Source: Macrostomum lignano (Eukaryota). Taken from it: 64,000 nucleotides of DNA. The stretch's first letter is position 1; each line of letters opens with the position of its first letter. Positions 40,281 to 51,439 of the stretch are shown here, piece by piece. The notes beneath the pieces are model-generated. The model made no database searches. It was not told the origin of the DNA and saw only the letters and a list, made by a program, of their open reading frames with translations. The stretch spans positions 1-64,000 of the forward strand of contig NIVC01003537.1 of the NCBI GenBank assembly GCA_002269645.1. The letters run 5' to 3'. The position numbers and the translations under genes are program-made.

Positions 40281-40763
40281 TGGCATCCCAGCTTTGAGTA
40301 AAAACCACTTCCTTTATGTAAATATACACGTACATATACATGTCGATGCTGCAGAAACTCATGTGTGTAGTTCTACGAGTATTTACTAGAATCTCTTGTA
40401 CTGCCAAGCACGTGACGTTCAGCTCCAAAACTTCCCGTGAGAAAGCAGCAGGCCTGAGATCTGTGAGCCGCTTCTCACTGCTGCCACTACTGAGGGCTCT
40501 GCGGCCTCACTCTGGCGGCCTCAGCAACTCGGCTGCTGTCACGATCGCAGCTCCACAGTGAAACGTGACTCGGACAGCCACATCGGACCTGCAACTGCAG
40601 CAGAGCCTCAGCTGAGGCCGCGCCACTCAATCTGGCGAGATCCCACGCCCTCCACGCATTCCAGCAGCAGCTCGGGTGGATAAATGCCGACTCGCAATGC
40701 CTGCTCAAATTTGCAACTCAAAGTGGCCGCTCCAATCAGCGACTCCCATTGGCGACTCAGCAA

Positions 40764-41558
40764 ATGCAGCACCGCCAGCTACTCGCTGCCTGCCTCGCCG
40801 CAGCCACTGCAGCTCTGGTGCTCACCGGCGCCTCTGCTCAGTGTCCCGGACACGGCTCTGCACCTGACAGAGGCGTCACCCCACCTGTGGACGGCCTCGT
40901 GGCTGCGTTCGATTTCAGGAGGGGCCTGCACAACCTGGTGGACCCGCGCGCCTTTGCCATCGAGGACCAGTTTGGCGTGGAGAGGTCGGCAGAGGACGGG
41001 GCCTGCTTCAAGCAGAATTCAAGTGCCAGATACAGGGAGTTCTACAATGTCGGAGCTCCCATGGCATTCAATGAGTCGATCTGGAACTCAGCAGAGTGGA
41101 CCATGTACTTCAGGCTGACTCGGAGCAGCGGCAGCTGGGTTCGTTTTCTGTCGGTTCCGAGCGACCATTTGCGCCCGGATGGGGTGCTAAACGTTTATGC
41201 TGTCATTGATCAATATTCTAGAAACAGGTTTAGATTTTATGTTGGGCAACATGACCTTCGAAGCCGGCATTATAACGAGCACCACTTCTACGGATCGGGC
41301 TGTGCTGGCAGCTGGTGCGACATTCGGCTGGCAATGAAGAATCACATTTTGGATTCTCCTGCCATCGGATGGCCGCTGAGTTCTGATTATCAGAAGTTTA
41401 CTGATTTTGTTAATGAACTGGGACTGCAGCAGCTGCAGATTGGAAATCTTTATCCATCTTCTGGTTCCCAGCGGCTCTGCGTGAGGTGCTTCGGGGTCGC
41501 CCGCAGGCAGCTGAGCGCCCATGAGGTGCGGCAGGCGATGTCGGCTTTCTGCCCCTGA
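40764..41558 (+). CDS. Secreted protein, lectin-cluster copy A: signal peptide plus ConA/LamG-like domain only (intronless)
   Basis: Open ORF. Hydrophobic leader MQHRQLLAACLAAATAALVLTGASAQ. Clear paralogue of 49295-50968, lacking both C-type lectin domains in frame. The ConA/LamG-like fold is inferred from GLVAAFDF and WTMYFRL only. Confidence 0.8.
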   Translation: MQHRQLLAACLAAATAALVLTGASAQCPGHGSAPDRGVTPPVDGLVAAFDFRRGLHNLVDPRAFAIEDQFGVERSAEDGACFKQNSSARYREFYNVGAPMAFNESIWNSAEWTMYFRLTRSSGSWVRFLSVPSDHLRPDGVLNVYAVIDQYSRNRFRFYVGQHDLRSRHYNEHHFYGSGCAGSWCDIRLAMKNHILDSPAIGWPLSSDYQKFTDFVNELGLQQLQIGNLYPSSGSQRLCVRCFGVARRQLSAHEVRQAMSAFCP

Positions 41559-42229
41559 GACTGCGGCTGCAAGCAGTGGGCCTGGCCACTAAAATGCATT
41601 ACGTAGTCGTTTTGTCTTCTTCCGAAAGTCTGTCGGTTTGTCTGTCTGTCCAGTCTGGTTTCTGTCTGTTTATCTTGACAAATTAAATGGTGCCTCAGAG
41701 CCAAGTTGGTGACGCTCTTCCTGAGTGTCCCGAATGTACGAAATTACAATATACGATCTTAGCTGCATATACAGCATTGCAAAAACTTTGATTGCCCTCA
41801 GCAATGATACCGGTGTAGCTGATGAAGTTCAAGGAAGCTAGGCACACTTGTGACCTTGGCCATTGTTCAAAATGTCTATGGTAATTACGATAAGGTAATG
41901 ACATTCAAGCAATGACCGGAAAACGAACGCTGAGATTAAAAAAGTAGTCTATGTTTGTAAGTGTGGACTTCGCCCCCACACCCCATTCGCCCTTGCCACT
42001 CGGATCCTGATGGTCAAATTGAATAATGAAGCTAGCTGGAAGTGGCGATAGCCGCTCATGTCTATGGCCATTACCATGAATTCTCACTTCCTGACAACCC
42101 CCCATTAACTTAAACCCTCGCTTCGTATTACATGTAGCTGCATTAATTGAATTGTCTAAGGCCGAAACAGACGGAAATGTAAATGACGATGCTTACACTT
42201 CATGTCAATGGCCAGTCCCATAGAATGCA

Positions 42230-42425
42230 TTGGTCAATCAGTTGTCTATGGCTAAAATTGGCGGCCACTGGCCATTTTTCGCCCAGATGAGGTGCTGCCA
42301 CCAAATTAATACCTTTATGCTGGCATTAATAAAACTTCTGGGGACAGGTTTGAATTTTATGTTGGGGAACATGACCTTGCGATCCAACATTATAACGAGC
42401 ACTACTTCGATGAATTTGGCTGTGA
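42230..42425 (+). pseudogene. Lectin-cluster relic C (middle of the C-terminal domain)
   Basis: DRFEFYVGEHDLAIQHYNEHYFDEFGC aligns to copy A NRFRFYVGQHDLRSRHYNEHHFYGSGC. In-frame stop upstream; truncated at about 42425. Confidence 0.75.
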
Positions 42426-42919
42426 CGCTTCCGACTGGCGCGCAGGGTCCGCCCTCTTGTGGGATGTCGGCTCCTCCGCGGGATTGAGTTGCCAGCACTC
42501 TCCAGAGGCGGCAGAAGGGGCGGCTTTCGCACTCCTGGCCGTTCCTCCGCTTTGCGCTTGAGAAAAGCTTTGTAGCGAGCAATGCTACGGGCCTTCTTTT
42601 TAGAGGTCTGAGGTCCGCCGTCCTGTTGTCCAGCCACTTCGGTATTGTCCTGAGTGGCGACAGAAGCTGACTAAGAGTCACCGGAGGTCCCGGTGTTGCG
42701 AATGTCCGGCTGGGCGGCGATACCAACCGCAGTTGGCGCTCCAGCAGCCTCGGACGTGTTGCAAGTAAATGAATACTCCATGAGTCGCTGAAAGGTGAAT
42801 GGGGACTAGAGGTGAGAAGCTGCTGGGCCGAAACCCCAAACCCAACAGCCAGCCAAAATATAGCGACCCGGGGTGCTTAGGCCCTTACCGGCCCGACCGC
42901 TAGCAACCGAGAAACTACC

Positions 42920-44560
42920 CGGCTAAGAGCCCGGCTTGGAGAGACCATACGCTCGTAGGCCGAACCAAAGGAACATCAGCGCGGTACTACACTGGTAGGC
43001 TGTCCGCATCCTGTTAAGGTCAGAGGGTGATACCTGTTCTTCAGAGCCGTGGCCAGAGGTACCTGATACGCACAGGTTCACTTCCGGACGGAGCCCGTAC
43101 CCAAATCGGCCAAGACAGAAGCCAAGGCCACGGATGGGGTGCAGGTGTAGGATACAATTCCGATAATTCTGTGCTGTGGTCGGTCTGCACTTTGCGGCCG
43201 ATCTGGTCTGATGGCGTTGGTTGCTCTTTGTGGCAAAGTCATCCAGTTCATGCCAGGTCTTCATGTTTGGATTTTCCAGCTTTTTGCTTTCTTCTGATTG
43301 AAGAACGAGCTTAGCCAGACCATATTCAAGCTCTCTTGCCATGTTCGAAGTTACTCACCTTGTTAGTTTGTCCAGCCGATACCATGTTGGCCTGCGCTCG
43401 TGAAGAGGGTCGCTGCTCCTCGAACGATGTTTGAGGTCCAGTCACCTTGCACCCGAAATCACACATTGGAAAGCGCGCGTTTCTGTGGGTGCATTTTTAT
43501 GCCTCCTGTGTTCCACAGGTGCCATGCAGTCTCATTTAGTAAGATTAGTAGGTTTCCTTATTCTCATGGTGAAACACTGATGCCGGTGCCTTGCAAGGTC
43601 ACATCCCAGCTCGATGACGCTTTCTTTACTATCTGTCCGAGTCTCGCTGAGCCCAGGTTTGCCCGCTGCACGTTCCACATCGCGATTCTCACTTTCTTCT
43701 GGTTCCAGATTCTTTGCGCAGCTTCTAAACGTTGTTTGTTCCTTTATTTTACGGTGTTTCTCTCTCTCTTCGCGTTTCGACGCCTGTTCCTTGCCCTTCT
43801 CTGCTCACTGGTTCCCGGTCCAGGTTTGCAATTTGGTTCGTATTCGCGATCCGCTAACTCTTCCGCTAACTCTTCCGCTAACTCTTCCGCTAACTCTTCC
43901 GCTAACTCTTCCGCTAACTCTTCCGCTAACTCTTCCGCTAACTCTTCCGCTAACTCTTCCGCTAACTCTTCCGCTAACTCTTCCGCTAACTCTTCCGCTA
44001 ACTCTTCCGCTAACTCTTCCGCTAACTCTTCCGCTAACTCTTCCGCTAACTCTTCCGCTAACTCTTCCGCTAACTCTTCCGCTAACTCTTCCGCTAACTC
44101 TTCCGCTAACTCTTCCGCTAACTCTTCCGCTAACTCTTCCGCTAACTCTTCAGTCTTCCGTGTGCCGCGTCGCTGCCACCCGATAGGCTTTCCTCTAACC
44201 CTAAGCCGTCGGTCATATCGTCCTCTGATGTCGGTGTGTCGTCTTCGCCAGAAGGGGCTCTGTGGCTATCGTCCAGCTGGTCGTTAAGTACTTCTCTTCT
44301 TCTGTGTGAGTTGATCGGTCTTCCAGGACAATGTCAGAAATTTCGTTAATCCTGTCCTGTCCCGTCCTTGATAGCGTCTCTGCCTTTCGCACAAATTTTC
44401 CAGTTCTCTTATTAGACTTCGACAGACAATTTCGCGCGGTAGCTAATAAGTGAGCAGATTCAGCAGGTATCAAGTAGGTTGAGCAATGGCTAGAGTTACG
44501 ATCATGCGCTTCCGGCAGGTTGCAGTGATGAGCCATTGTACAATAATTCTTAATAAGCAA
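42920..44560 (-). mobile_element. Degenerate APE-type non-LTR retrotransposon (RTE-like) 5' part, without RT
   Basis: Minus strand KVRIAMWNVQRANL (about 43660-43700) is the APE endonuclease first motif. Downstream DDFATK and GRFGYG resemble RTE GDFNAK and GKFGLG. Stops and frameshifts present. Confidence 0.6.
43850..44149. repeat. Perfect 12-bp tandem repeat (TCCGCTAACTCT)25
   Basis: 300 bp with no variant units. Reads (EELA)n on the minus strand. Confidence 0.97.
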
Positions 44561-45537
44561 TAAAATTCTACTCTTCCGGCTAAAGCAATTTCAATAATAT
44601 CAGTCGGCACATATGGCTGGATTTGACAGGCCTTTTTGCCTCAATTTTAGCGGACAGCACCTGGGATCAAGTCAACAGGTCATTTGCTGTGCCACATGAC
44701 AAGGCTGGTTCCAATAGCCAAGCCACAACGTCTCAAACATCTGGTTCTGTTGACGCCAGCACCCTACTAGCATTGCGTGATGCTTTCTAGTCCGCTCTCT
44801 GTCACGCTGTAGGCTCGTATGACTGCCTAGCAGACATCGCAGTCCAGAGTTTTCATCGTGGACTCCGTCTGACGAGGCAACCAGACAGCGGTTAAAATCA
44901 ATATCGCCTGCATATGCACCGATCCGTCTAGCTTAACTACGCGGTTTATTATTTCTATTTTTATAAATATTTTTATAGCTAGTAAATTAACGAACACAAT
45001 AATCAACACATTGCACTGCAACTCAGCCTTCCGCCACACGTCGTCCTCCAGCTCTGGTTCTTAGCCGCTCATGTCTTCTTGGCTAGATGGTTGGAAGACA
45101 CTGCCGATCTTCCATGAAATCCTTCCTGAGACTCCGGAAAGTCAGGGAACCAGTATAGGCCACAAACAAGTGCGCTGTTCCGAATTACCAATAGGTCTTG
45201 TGTAACTTTAAAACTCTTCTGTTCGACCACAAGTTTGTTCGTCCGCCAGCTGGAAATTTGTTCTTCTTTTTACCCGTTTATATTTATATTGTAAAAACTG
45301 TCTCCTGCACAATGAACTCCTGCTGAACTCCATGGTCTTGCTGTCCTTGGGCTGATCGGCTGATTGTTGATGTGGGTACTGTTGTGATCGTTGATGCAGC
45401 TGCTGGTGGTGGGGTGTGCCTAGCTACGTCGGGTGCCTTGGACAAAGGCTAGCGTCCACAACGTTGGGGCCTACTAAACTTTGGTCCCCTCGCTCCAGGC
45501 TCACATTGGGTCCTCTCGTTGCCGTCCAGCCTCGTCC

Positions 45538-45650
45538 AGGTGACACGACCAAGTGACACGACCAGGTACGACACGACCAGGTGACACGACCAGGTACGAC
45601 ACGACCAAGTGACGCGACCAGGTACGACACGACCAGGTGATACGACCTAG
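45538..45650. repeat. GACACGACCA(G/A)GT short tandem repeat
   Basis: About eight 13-15 bp units. Confidence 0.8.
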
Positions 45651-46548
45651 CCTATCCCCGTTCCTATACTTATGAGCAATTTCTTATGGCTCATAATTTA
45701 TATTGAGATCGAATAGTAGACACGTTATTTCAGTTTCAAGTTTTGTAACTAAATTGAACTTATAGTATCGATACTTTCTAAAACAAAAAAAACTTTTTCA
45801 ACCTTTTTTAAAACTCTTCAACTAGTAAAAGTTTCGAAAAAAATTAACTGCAAGAATTTCAAAATGCTTTTCAAGCCAAAGAGCTGCAGATAATTGAAAA
45901 TTAAGGTTTTATGTATCGAAGTTACGAGCTATTTTCTATTTTATTTTTTAACTAAATTAATTCAGTGGAGAAAAGCCCTGGTCGGTTAAACTGATTGATT
46001 GAACTGATGGTTGTATTAAAGTTGTACTTTTGTGCCCAATTTTTAACTGATTGCAATGAGCAATTTAACTGAGGGATAGGATGCCCCTCAGCCCAATGAA
46101 GCCCAATGATCATGGGATCTCGTGCTTGGGTTTCAAAAATAGCTGAAGTATAATTGCAAAAATTTAAATTAAACTCACAACAATTATTACAAACAATTTG
46201 TCATTGGTTAGTTGTCTATATGATTTCTACCTATATGATTCTATATGATATTGAACGAAGCTTAGTTTACTTATACATGTAGGACTTTATAACGGCATTT
46301 TCTATGCCTGAAGCCCTCCCGCTTGGAAAATGTTGTGCCGATGCCTTTTACTCGTAGTTAAAACCATCCCAGAAGTCGGAAAAAATTAGTTAAATTGAAA
46401 TTTACGAGTTATACCCGAATTTGTCTACTGCTGCAGTAGCGCGCAAAGATTTTTTAGCAGTAGTGTGACCCAAGTAGGAAATTCGAGATTTAGGAATTTA
46501 GTAAGATTCAGTAAGTTACGAGCATAGTTTATTTTTTAATTATAAATA

Positions 46549-47467
46549 CGTTTATTAATTTCCCGGAAAAGTTCACTTCTGGTGGTTGCATCTGCACGAA
46601 ATTTTACCTGCAGCAACTGCAGTCTGTAATCACTTCTCAACATAACTTCCTGTGGCGCCTTGCTGCAGCGCTGCGTCGGAGGAAAATGGCCGCCATCATT
46701 TTGCCGATGCTGCGATTGCGACGAAACTTGAGAGGAGCATCTTCGTCGTTGATAACCCACTGCCGACTCTGCTCCTTGGTCTCATGGGTCGTAGAAGTAG
46801 ACCGAAGGTTCTTTGCCAGTGAGGATGTTATCCACCAACTTTCAGCGGCCTCCGTCAAACCTTGGCCGCCATGAGGTCGGCGAGCTCAACGCGGGCTTGC
46901 ATCTGGTCAGGGCTGAGCTGGTGGGGCACCCAGCGAGCGGACAGCTTCGTCATTTCAAGGTGCTGGTGCAGGATCTTAATGATGGTGGAATCCGACACCC
47001 CGACGAGCTGCTCCAACCAGCCAATCGCCACTCACCGATCTTCGTCTAAATGGCGTCGAACAGCAGCAACGACTCCGTCGGACACAGTCGAACTCGGCCG
47101 CCAATCACGAGGATCGTCGTCCAGAGTGGCCGAGCCGCAGCGGAAGCGTGCAAACCACTCATACAGCATCGACTGGGATGGCGCTTGATCCTGAAGAGCC
47201 TCACGCAGCGTCTGGAGTCATGTGGCTGCAGAGCTGCCCAGCCGAAACTGGACCGGGATTGCCACTCGCCTGTCGCGGTCAGTCATCTGTGGCAGCAGGG
47301 CGGCACGTTTTCGGCCAAACTTTGGACATTGCAGCGCATCGTTGCGACCGATTGAGTTGAAATTTTACAAGCGAACGTTGAACATCCAACTCCAACTGCT
47401 GGTTAAGTTTCGTTTGATTTTCGCATTTTTAAGCTGCATTTTCCGGGAACTTAATAAGCACCGCTCG
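46549..47467 (-). mobile_element. Internally deleted mariner (Tc1/mariner) element
   Basis: TA flanks. TIR core TTATTAA(G/T)TTCCCGGAAAA at both ends (left TIR has a small deletion). Transposase motifs YEWFARFR.G, KLSARWVPHQL, YFYDP.TKEQSRQW, IGKMMAAIF. C-terminal half missing. Confidence 0.9.
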
Positions 47468-47520
47468 TAGCCTTAGAAAGAGTCGGAATACAGAATAGAA
47501 TTATCTTTCCTTTCCTTTCC

Positions 47521-47800
47521 TTGCATTTCCTTAATCATATCAACAAGCACGACTCCAACGGCAGCTGGTCCGACATTCAACTGGCAATAAAGAACCGCAT
47601 TTTGGATTCTCCTGCCATCGGACGGTCGCTGGGCGTTCAATATCGGAACTGGACTGATGGGACTCATGAAGTGGGACTGCAGCAGCTGCAGCTCGGAAAT
47701 TATTATTTACTTCTGTGTGAGCTGCTTCGGAGTCACCCGCAGGCAGCTGAGCGCCGATGAGGTGCGGCAAGCGATGTCGGCCTTCTGCCCCCGAGTATAA
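47521..47800 (+). pseudogene. Lectin-cluster relic D (3' half of the C-terminal domain)
   Basis: GSWSDIQLAIKNRILDSPAIG...GLQQLQLG...FGVTRRQLSADEVRQAMSAFCP with small frameshifts. 5' part lost next to the mariner. Confidence 0.8.
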
Positions 47801-48032
47801 GGCTAGAATTTGCGTCACTGAGCATCCGGATCCAGCACCGGCTGCAACCGCGATAACAGCATCCGGTTGAGCAGCCTCGCAGCGCAGGACTGAAGGCAGA
47901 GGCCTCTGTGCTCATTCAGGATTGTGGTAGCTACCCGGCTTCTTTGGAACGTGACGACCCATACCAATGGGAAACTTGGCGGTTTATGCCGCTATACACT
48001 GTGCACCTTGTGTGAGCGTGTGTACGAGCACA

Positions 48033-48300
48033 GGGGTTATAGCCTAATGGTTCGAGCGTTGGAATCACGACTGAAAGGTCGGGGGTTCGATTCTCGACAC
48101 ACTCGGAACAATTTGTGTCCTCGAGCAAGACACTTAACTTTGCATTGCTTCTATGAAAGAACGCATTTTCACAGTCCAGCTGTAAAATGCGTGCCAGCAT
48201 TAGCTGGGGTTATTGAGGCTGAGTGTGGCGACCCCCCCCCTCCCCTCAGTCCTTGGACTGAACAGCCGTACGCAGCTTTCAGATGCGCTGTGCAATAGCT
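48033..48300 (+). mobile_element. tRNA-derived SINE with a CORE/V-like central domain
   Basis: A-box TAGCCTAATGG, B-box GGTTCGATTC, then TGTGTCCTCGAGCAAGACACTTAAC and CCAGCTGTAAAATG, which resemble conserved SINE core domains. Confidence 0.75.
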
Positions 48301-49294
48301 GCGGCTGAGCTGTCGGTTGCACAACTGCCTAGCAATGCCCACATTTGCATATGTGGTCCACCTGTGTACGAGTACCCTGCAACCGACTGCTCCGCTCTCC
48401 TGGTGTTATGACGCTCTGGCAAAGAAGGAACTATTTACGCCTTGCCTTAGCCTAACAAGTTTCCCATAAAGAATTACTTAAGCGGGCGGCTTACCAGAGG
48501 GGGGCAGAAGGCCCTACTGGCTAAGCCCTCAACCAAGCCACAGGGCCAGCCAATCAAAACCCCGCCCGGGGCAGGGTGCAGCACCCGGCACGCACGCCAA
48601 CCCCCCCCCCAGCCACCCCCAAAGTGCACCGAGCCCTGCCATACCAAGGGCACATGCACTACACCTGTATGCAGCTAGTAAGATTAAGCAACAGTCAAAA
48701 GTTCCAACCCTCCAAGCGAAATAAAAAATTCCTCACTTATTGCGACAACTTTTCACCCACAATTCAACTCTCAAGTTACGCAACTGAGTCACCGCGAGGA
48801 AGGGAAAATTAATAGAATCAATAGCTCGTACTAGTGATGAACGTCAGTCGCACAAAATCATAACGCGCTTAGTAACGCGTGTGGGATCCTCTCGCACGCA
48901 GAAAGTCCTAGGGAAGCTGCTGCCAAGCGTTTCAATGGCATGACGGAGCTCCGCAACATGCTGTGGTGGATTCTCTTATCGAATGCTGCGTTTTAGGAAG
49001 TCCCAGACATGCTCGATGGGATTCATGTGTGGGGACCATTAAGCAGACCCAAGCCGACCCCAGTGGCAGTAAGCTTTGCGCCTGCCGTAAGTTGCGTCAC
49101 TCGCAATAAGTGAAGCTTATGACAGTTGCTGGCAATACATTGTATTTGATTAATCGATAACTGATTGGGTACATTCAAAGACTTTGGAGAAACACCACCA
49201 AGGCATGATAGCCATATAACCACCATCAAACTGAACTGATTCGTCAAGCCATACCGTAAGAATGCGTCAAAATCTTCAGCATAGCCGCAGCTCT

Positions 49295-50968
49295 TTAGGG
49301 GCAGAAGGTCGACATCGCCTGACGCACTTCGTCGGAGCTCAGCCGCCTGCGGGCGACTCCGAAGCACCTCAGGCAGATTTTCCGAGCTTCAGAATAAAAC
49401 GGCGACCCGAATCCAACACGGAGCTGCTGCAGTCCCAATACATCCGCATCGAATGTCGAGTTCCAATATTGAACTCTCAGCGGCTCTCTGATGGCAGGAG
49501 AATCCAAAATGCCATCCTTGATTGCCAGCCGAATGTCGCACCAGTTGCCAGCACAGCCCGATCCGTTGAACTCGTGGTTGTTGTTATGCACGGTGAAATG
49601 CGTTGAGTTCCCGAGGTCGCGTTGCAGAACGTTTAAAACGAACTGCTCAGCACTGGAGGAATAGAGCTCAGCACGGAGGCTTGAGTACGAATTCGGATCG
49701 GAGTGCTCGCTGCGCACAGACAGAAACTCGACGCCACTTTTATTGCCTACGGTAAGCCTAAAGTACATTGTGTACTCTGATGTACTGAGAATCGACTCAT
49801 TGAATGCCACGGGAGCTCCGACATTGTAGAACTCCCTGTATCTGGCACTTGAATTCGCCTTGAAGCAGGCCCCGTCCTCTGCCGACCTCTCCACGCCAAA
49901 CTGGTCCTCGATGGCGAAGGTGCGCGGGTCCAACAGGTTGTGCAGGCCCCTCCTGAAATCGAACGCAGCCACGAGGCCGTCCACCTGCGGCGGCGGCGAC
50001 GCAGACGGCGGTGGCGGGGAGTTGCCGTCCGACGCCTCCGTCTTGCACACGAACCTGTGCCTGCTGTGGCACCTGTCGCTGCGCAGTCGACCAGCTGACA
50101 GCGTGACGCAGTTCACAGTCCAGTCCGCACTGTCCGGGTGTCCAGTCTCCCATGCGGGCAGCTTGTTGTCGTGTTTCCCTGAGAAATCCGTCCACTGGTA
50201 GCAGAGCTCGCGACCCGCACTGTCAGGGAAGCAGGGGTTCAGCTTGATGAGGCCGAGCCACACCGAGTCGAGCAGCTCTGCCGACTCGCAGCTGTCGATT
50301 CCGAAGCTGAGCTTGTTCACAAAGTCCAGCTCAGACTGGGTGAGCACCGACGCCAGCTGCGACGAGTTTCGCTGGCAGTAGAAGTTGGCCTCGTTGAAGT
50401 TGGCCTCAAACTGCGGCATCACGTAGCACTGCTTGTCGTGCAGCCACCAGCCGCTGGGACATCGGCCCTTCGACCGCCACCACAAGTCGACGAGACTGCT
50501 GGAGTTGGCGCTCAACTTGCACACAAACGGGTGCCGCTCGTGATACAGCGAGTTGAGCCACCACTCACCGTCACTTCGGATCAGAGGCTTGTGAACGCTG
50601 TCCAGCTGAGAGAAGTTGTGTCTCTCGAAGCTACCTACGCCGCCGCCGTCCGTCCACCTGTAGCTTGTAGGGTCGGCCAGACGGTCGAGGTCGGTGCCGA
50701 ACAAACCGATCCAGGCGTCTCTGCAGTGAGACAGTCGGCCTACCAGTCGGTTCTCTTGCTCACTTTGGATGGACGCGAGCTGAGCCCGGTGAGACAGACA
50801 CGTCTGCTCGGCCTGAAACCAGTAGTTCGGCTCACTGAACCACTTGTAGCATGAGTGAGCTCGGTGTGTCCAGCCGTGTCCGGGACACTGAGCAGAGGCG
50901 GCGCCGGTGAGCAGCAGAGCTGCAGTGGCTGCGGCGAGGGAGGCAGCGAGTAGCTGGCGGTGCTGCAT
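49295..50968 (-). CDS. Secreted lectin, copy B: signal peptide, two C-type lectin domains, Pro-rich linker, ConA/LamG-like domain (intronless)
   Basis: 562-aa open ORF. CTLD hallmarks CP.GW...CY, W..A...C....QLASI, WIGL/WLGL, WTD and FVCK occur twice. Linker SPPPPSASPPP. Confidence 0.9.
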   Translation of the reverse strand: MQHRQLLAASLAAATAALLLTGAASAQCPGHGWTHRAHSCYKWFSEPNYWFQAEQTCLSHRAQLASIQSEQENRLVGRLSHCRDAWIGLFGTDLDRLADPTSYRWTDGGGVGSFERHNFSQLDSVHKPLIRSDGEWWLNSLYHERHPFVCKLSANSSSLVDLWWRSKGRCPSGWWLHDKQCYVMPQFEANFNEANFYCQRNSSQLASVLTQSELDFVNKLSFGIDSCESAELLDSVWLGLIKLNPCFPDSAGRELCYQWTDFSGKHDNKLPAWETGHPDSADWTVNCVTLSAGRLRSDRCHSRHRFVCKTEASDGNSPPPPSASPPPQVDGLVAAFDFRRGLHNLLDPRTFAIEDQFGVERSAEDGACFKANSSARYREFYNVGAPVAFNESILSTSEYTMYFRLTVGNKSGVEFLSVRSEHSDPNSYSSLRAELYSSSAEQFVLNVLQRDLGNSTHFTVHNNNHEFNGSGCAGNWCDIRLAIKDGILDSPAIREPLRVQYWNSTFDADVLGLQQLRVGFGSPFYSEARKICLRCFGVARRRLSSDEVRQAMSTFCP

Positions 50969-51439
50969 TTGCTGAGTCGCCAATGGGAGTCGCTGATTGG
51001 AGCGGCCACTTTGAGTTGCAAATTTGAGCAGGCATTGCGAGTCGGCATTTATCCACTCGAGCTGCTGCTGGAATGCGTGGAGGGCGTGGAATCTCGCCAG
51101 ATTGAGTGGCGCGGCCTCAGCTGAGGCTCTGCTGCAGTTGCAGGTCCGATGTGGCTGTCCGAGTCACGTTTCACTGTGGAGCTGCGATCGTGACAGCAGC
51201 CGAGTTGCTGAGGCCGCCAGAGTGAGGCCGCAGAGCCCTCAGTAGTGGCAGCCGTGTGAGAAGCGGCTCACAGATCTCAGGTCTGCTGCTTTCTCACGGG
51301 AAGTTTTGGAGCGAAACGTCACGGGCTTGAGAGTGCAGGAGATTCAAGTACATAAAGCTACACAGGTTTCCTTTTACGTGCCAGTTTTTTGCTGCATCAA
51401 CATGTACGAGCGTATAAAGACTGCGGCCTCTATGCAAAG

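Noticed and set aside
43400-44287. 295-aa plus-strand ORF with SANS repeats as a gene
   Set aside because: Antisense to the LINE remnant and inflated by the 12-bp repeat.
42230-47800. Relics C and D as two halves of one gene split by a 5-kb insertion
   Set aside because: The ends nearly abut, but D carries its own copy-B-like upstream segment (HINKHDSNG versus HNNNHEFNG) overlapping the region C covers, so two copies are more likely.
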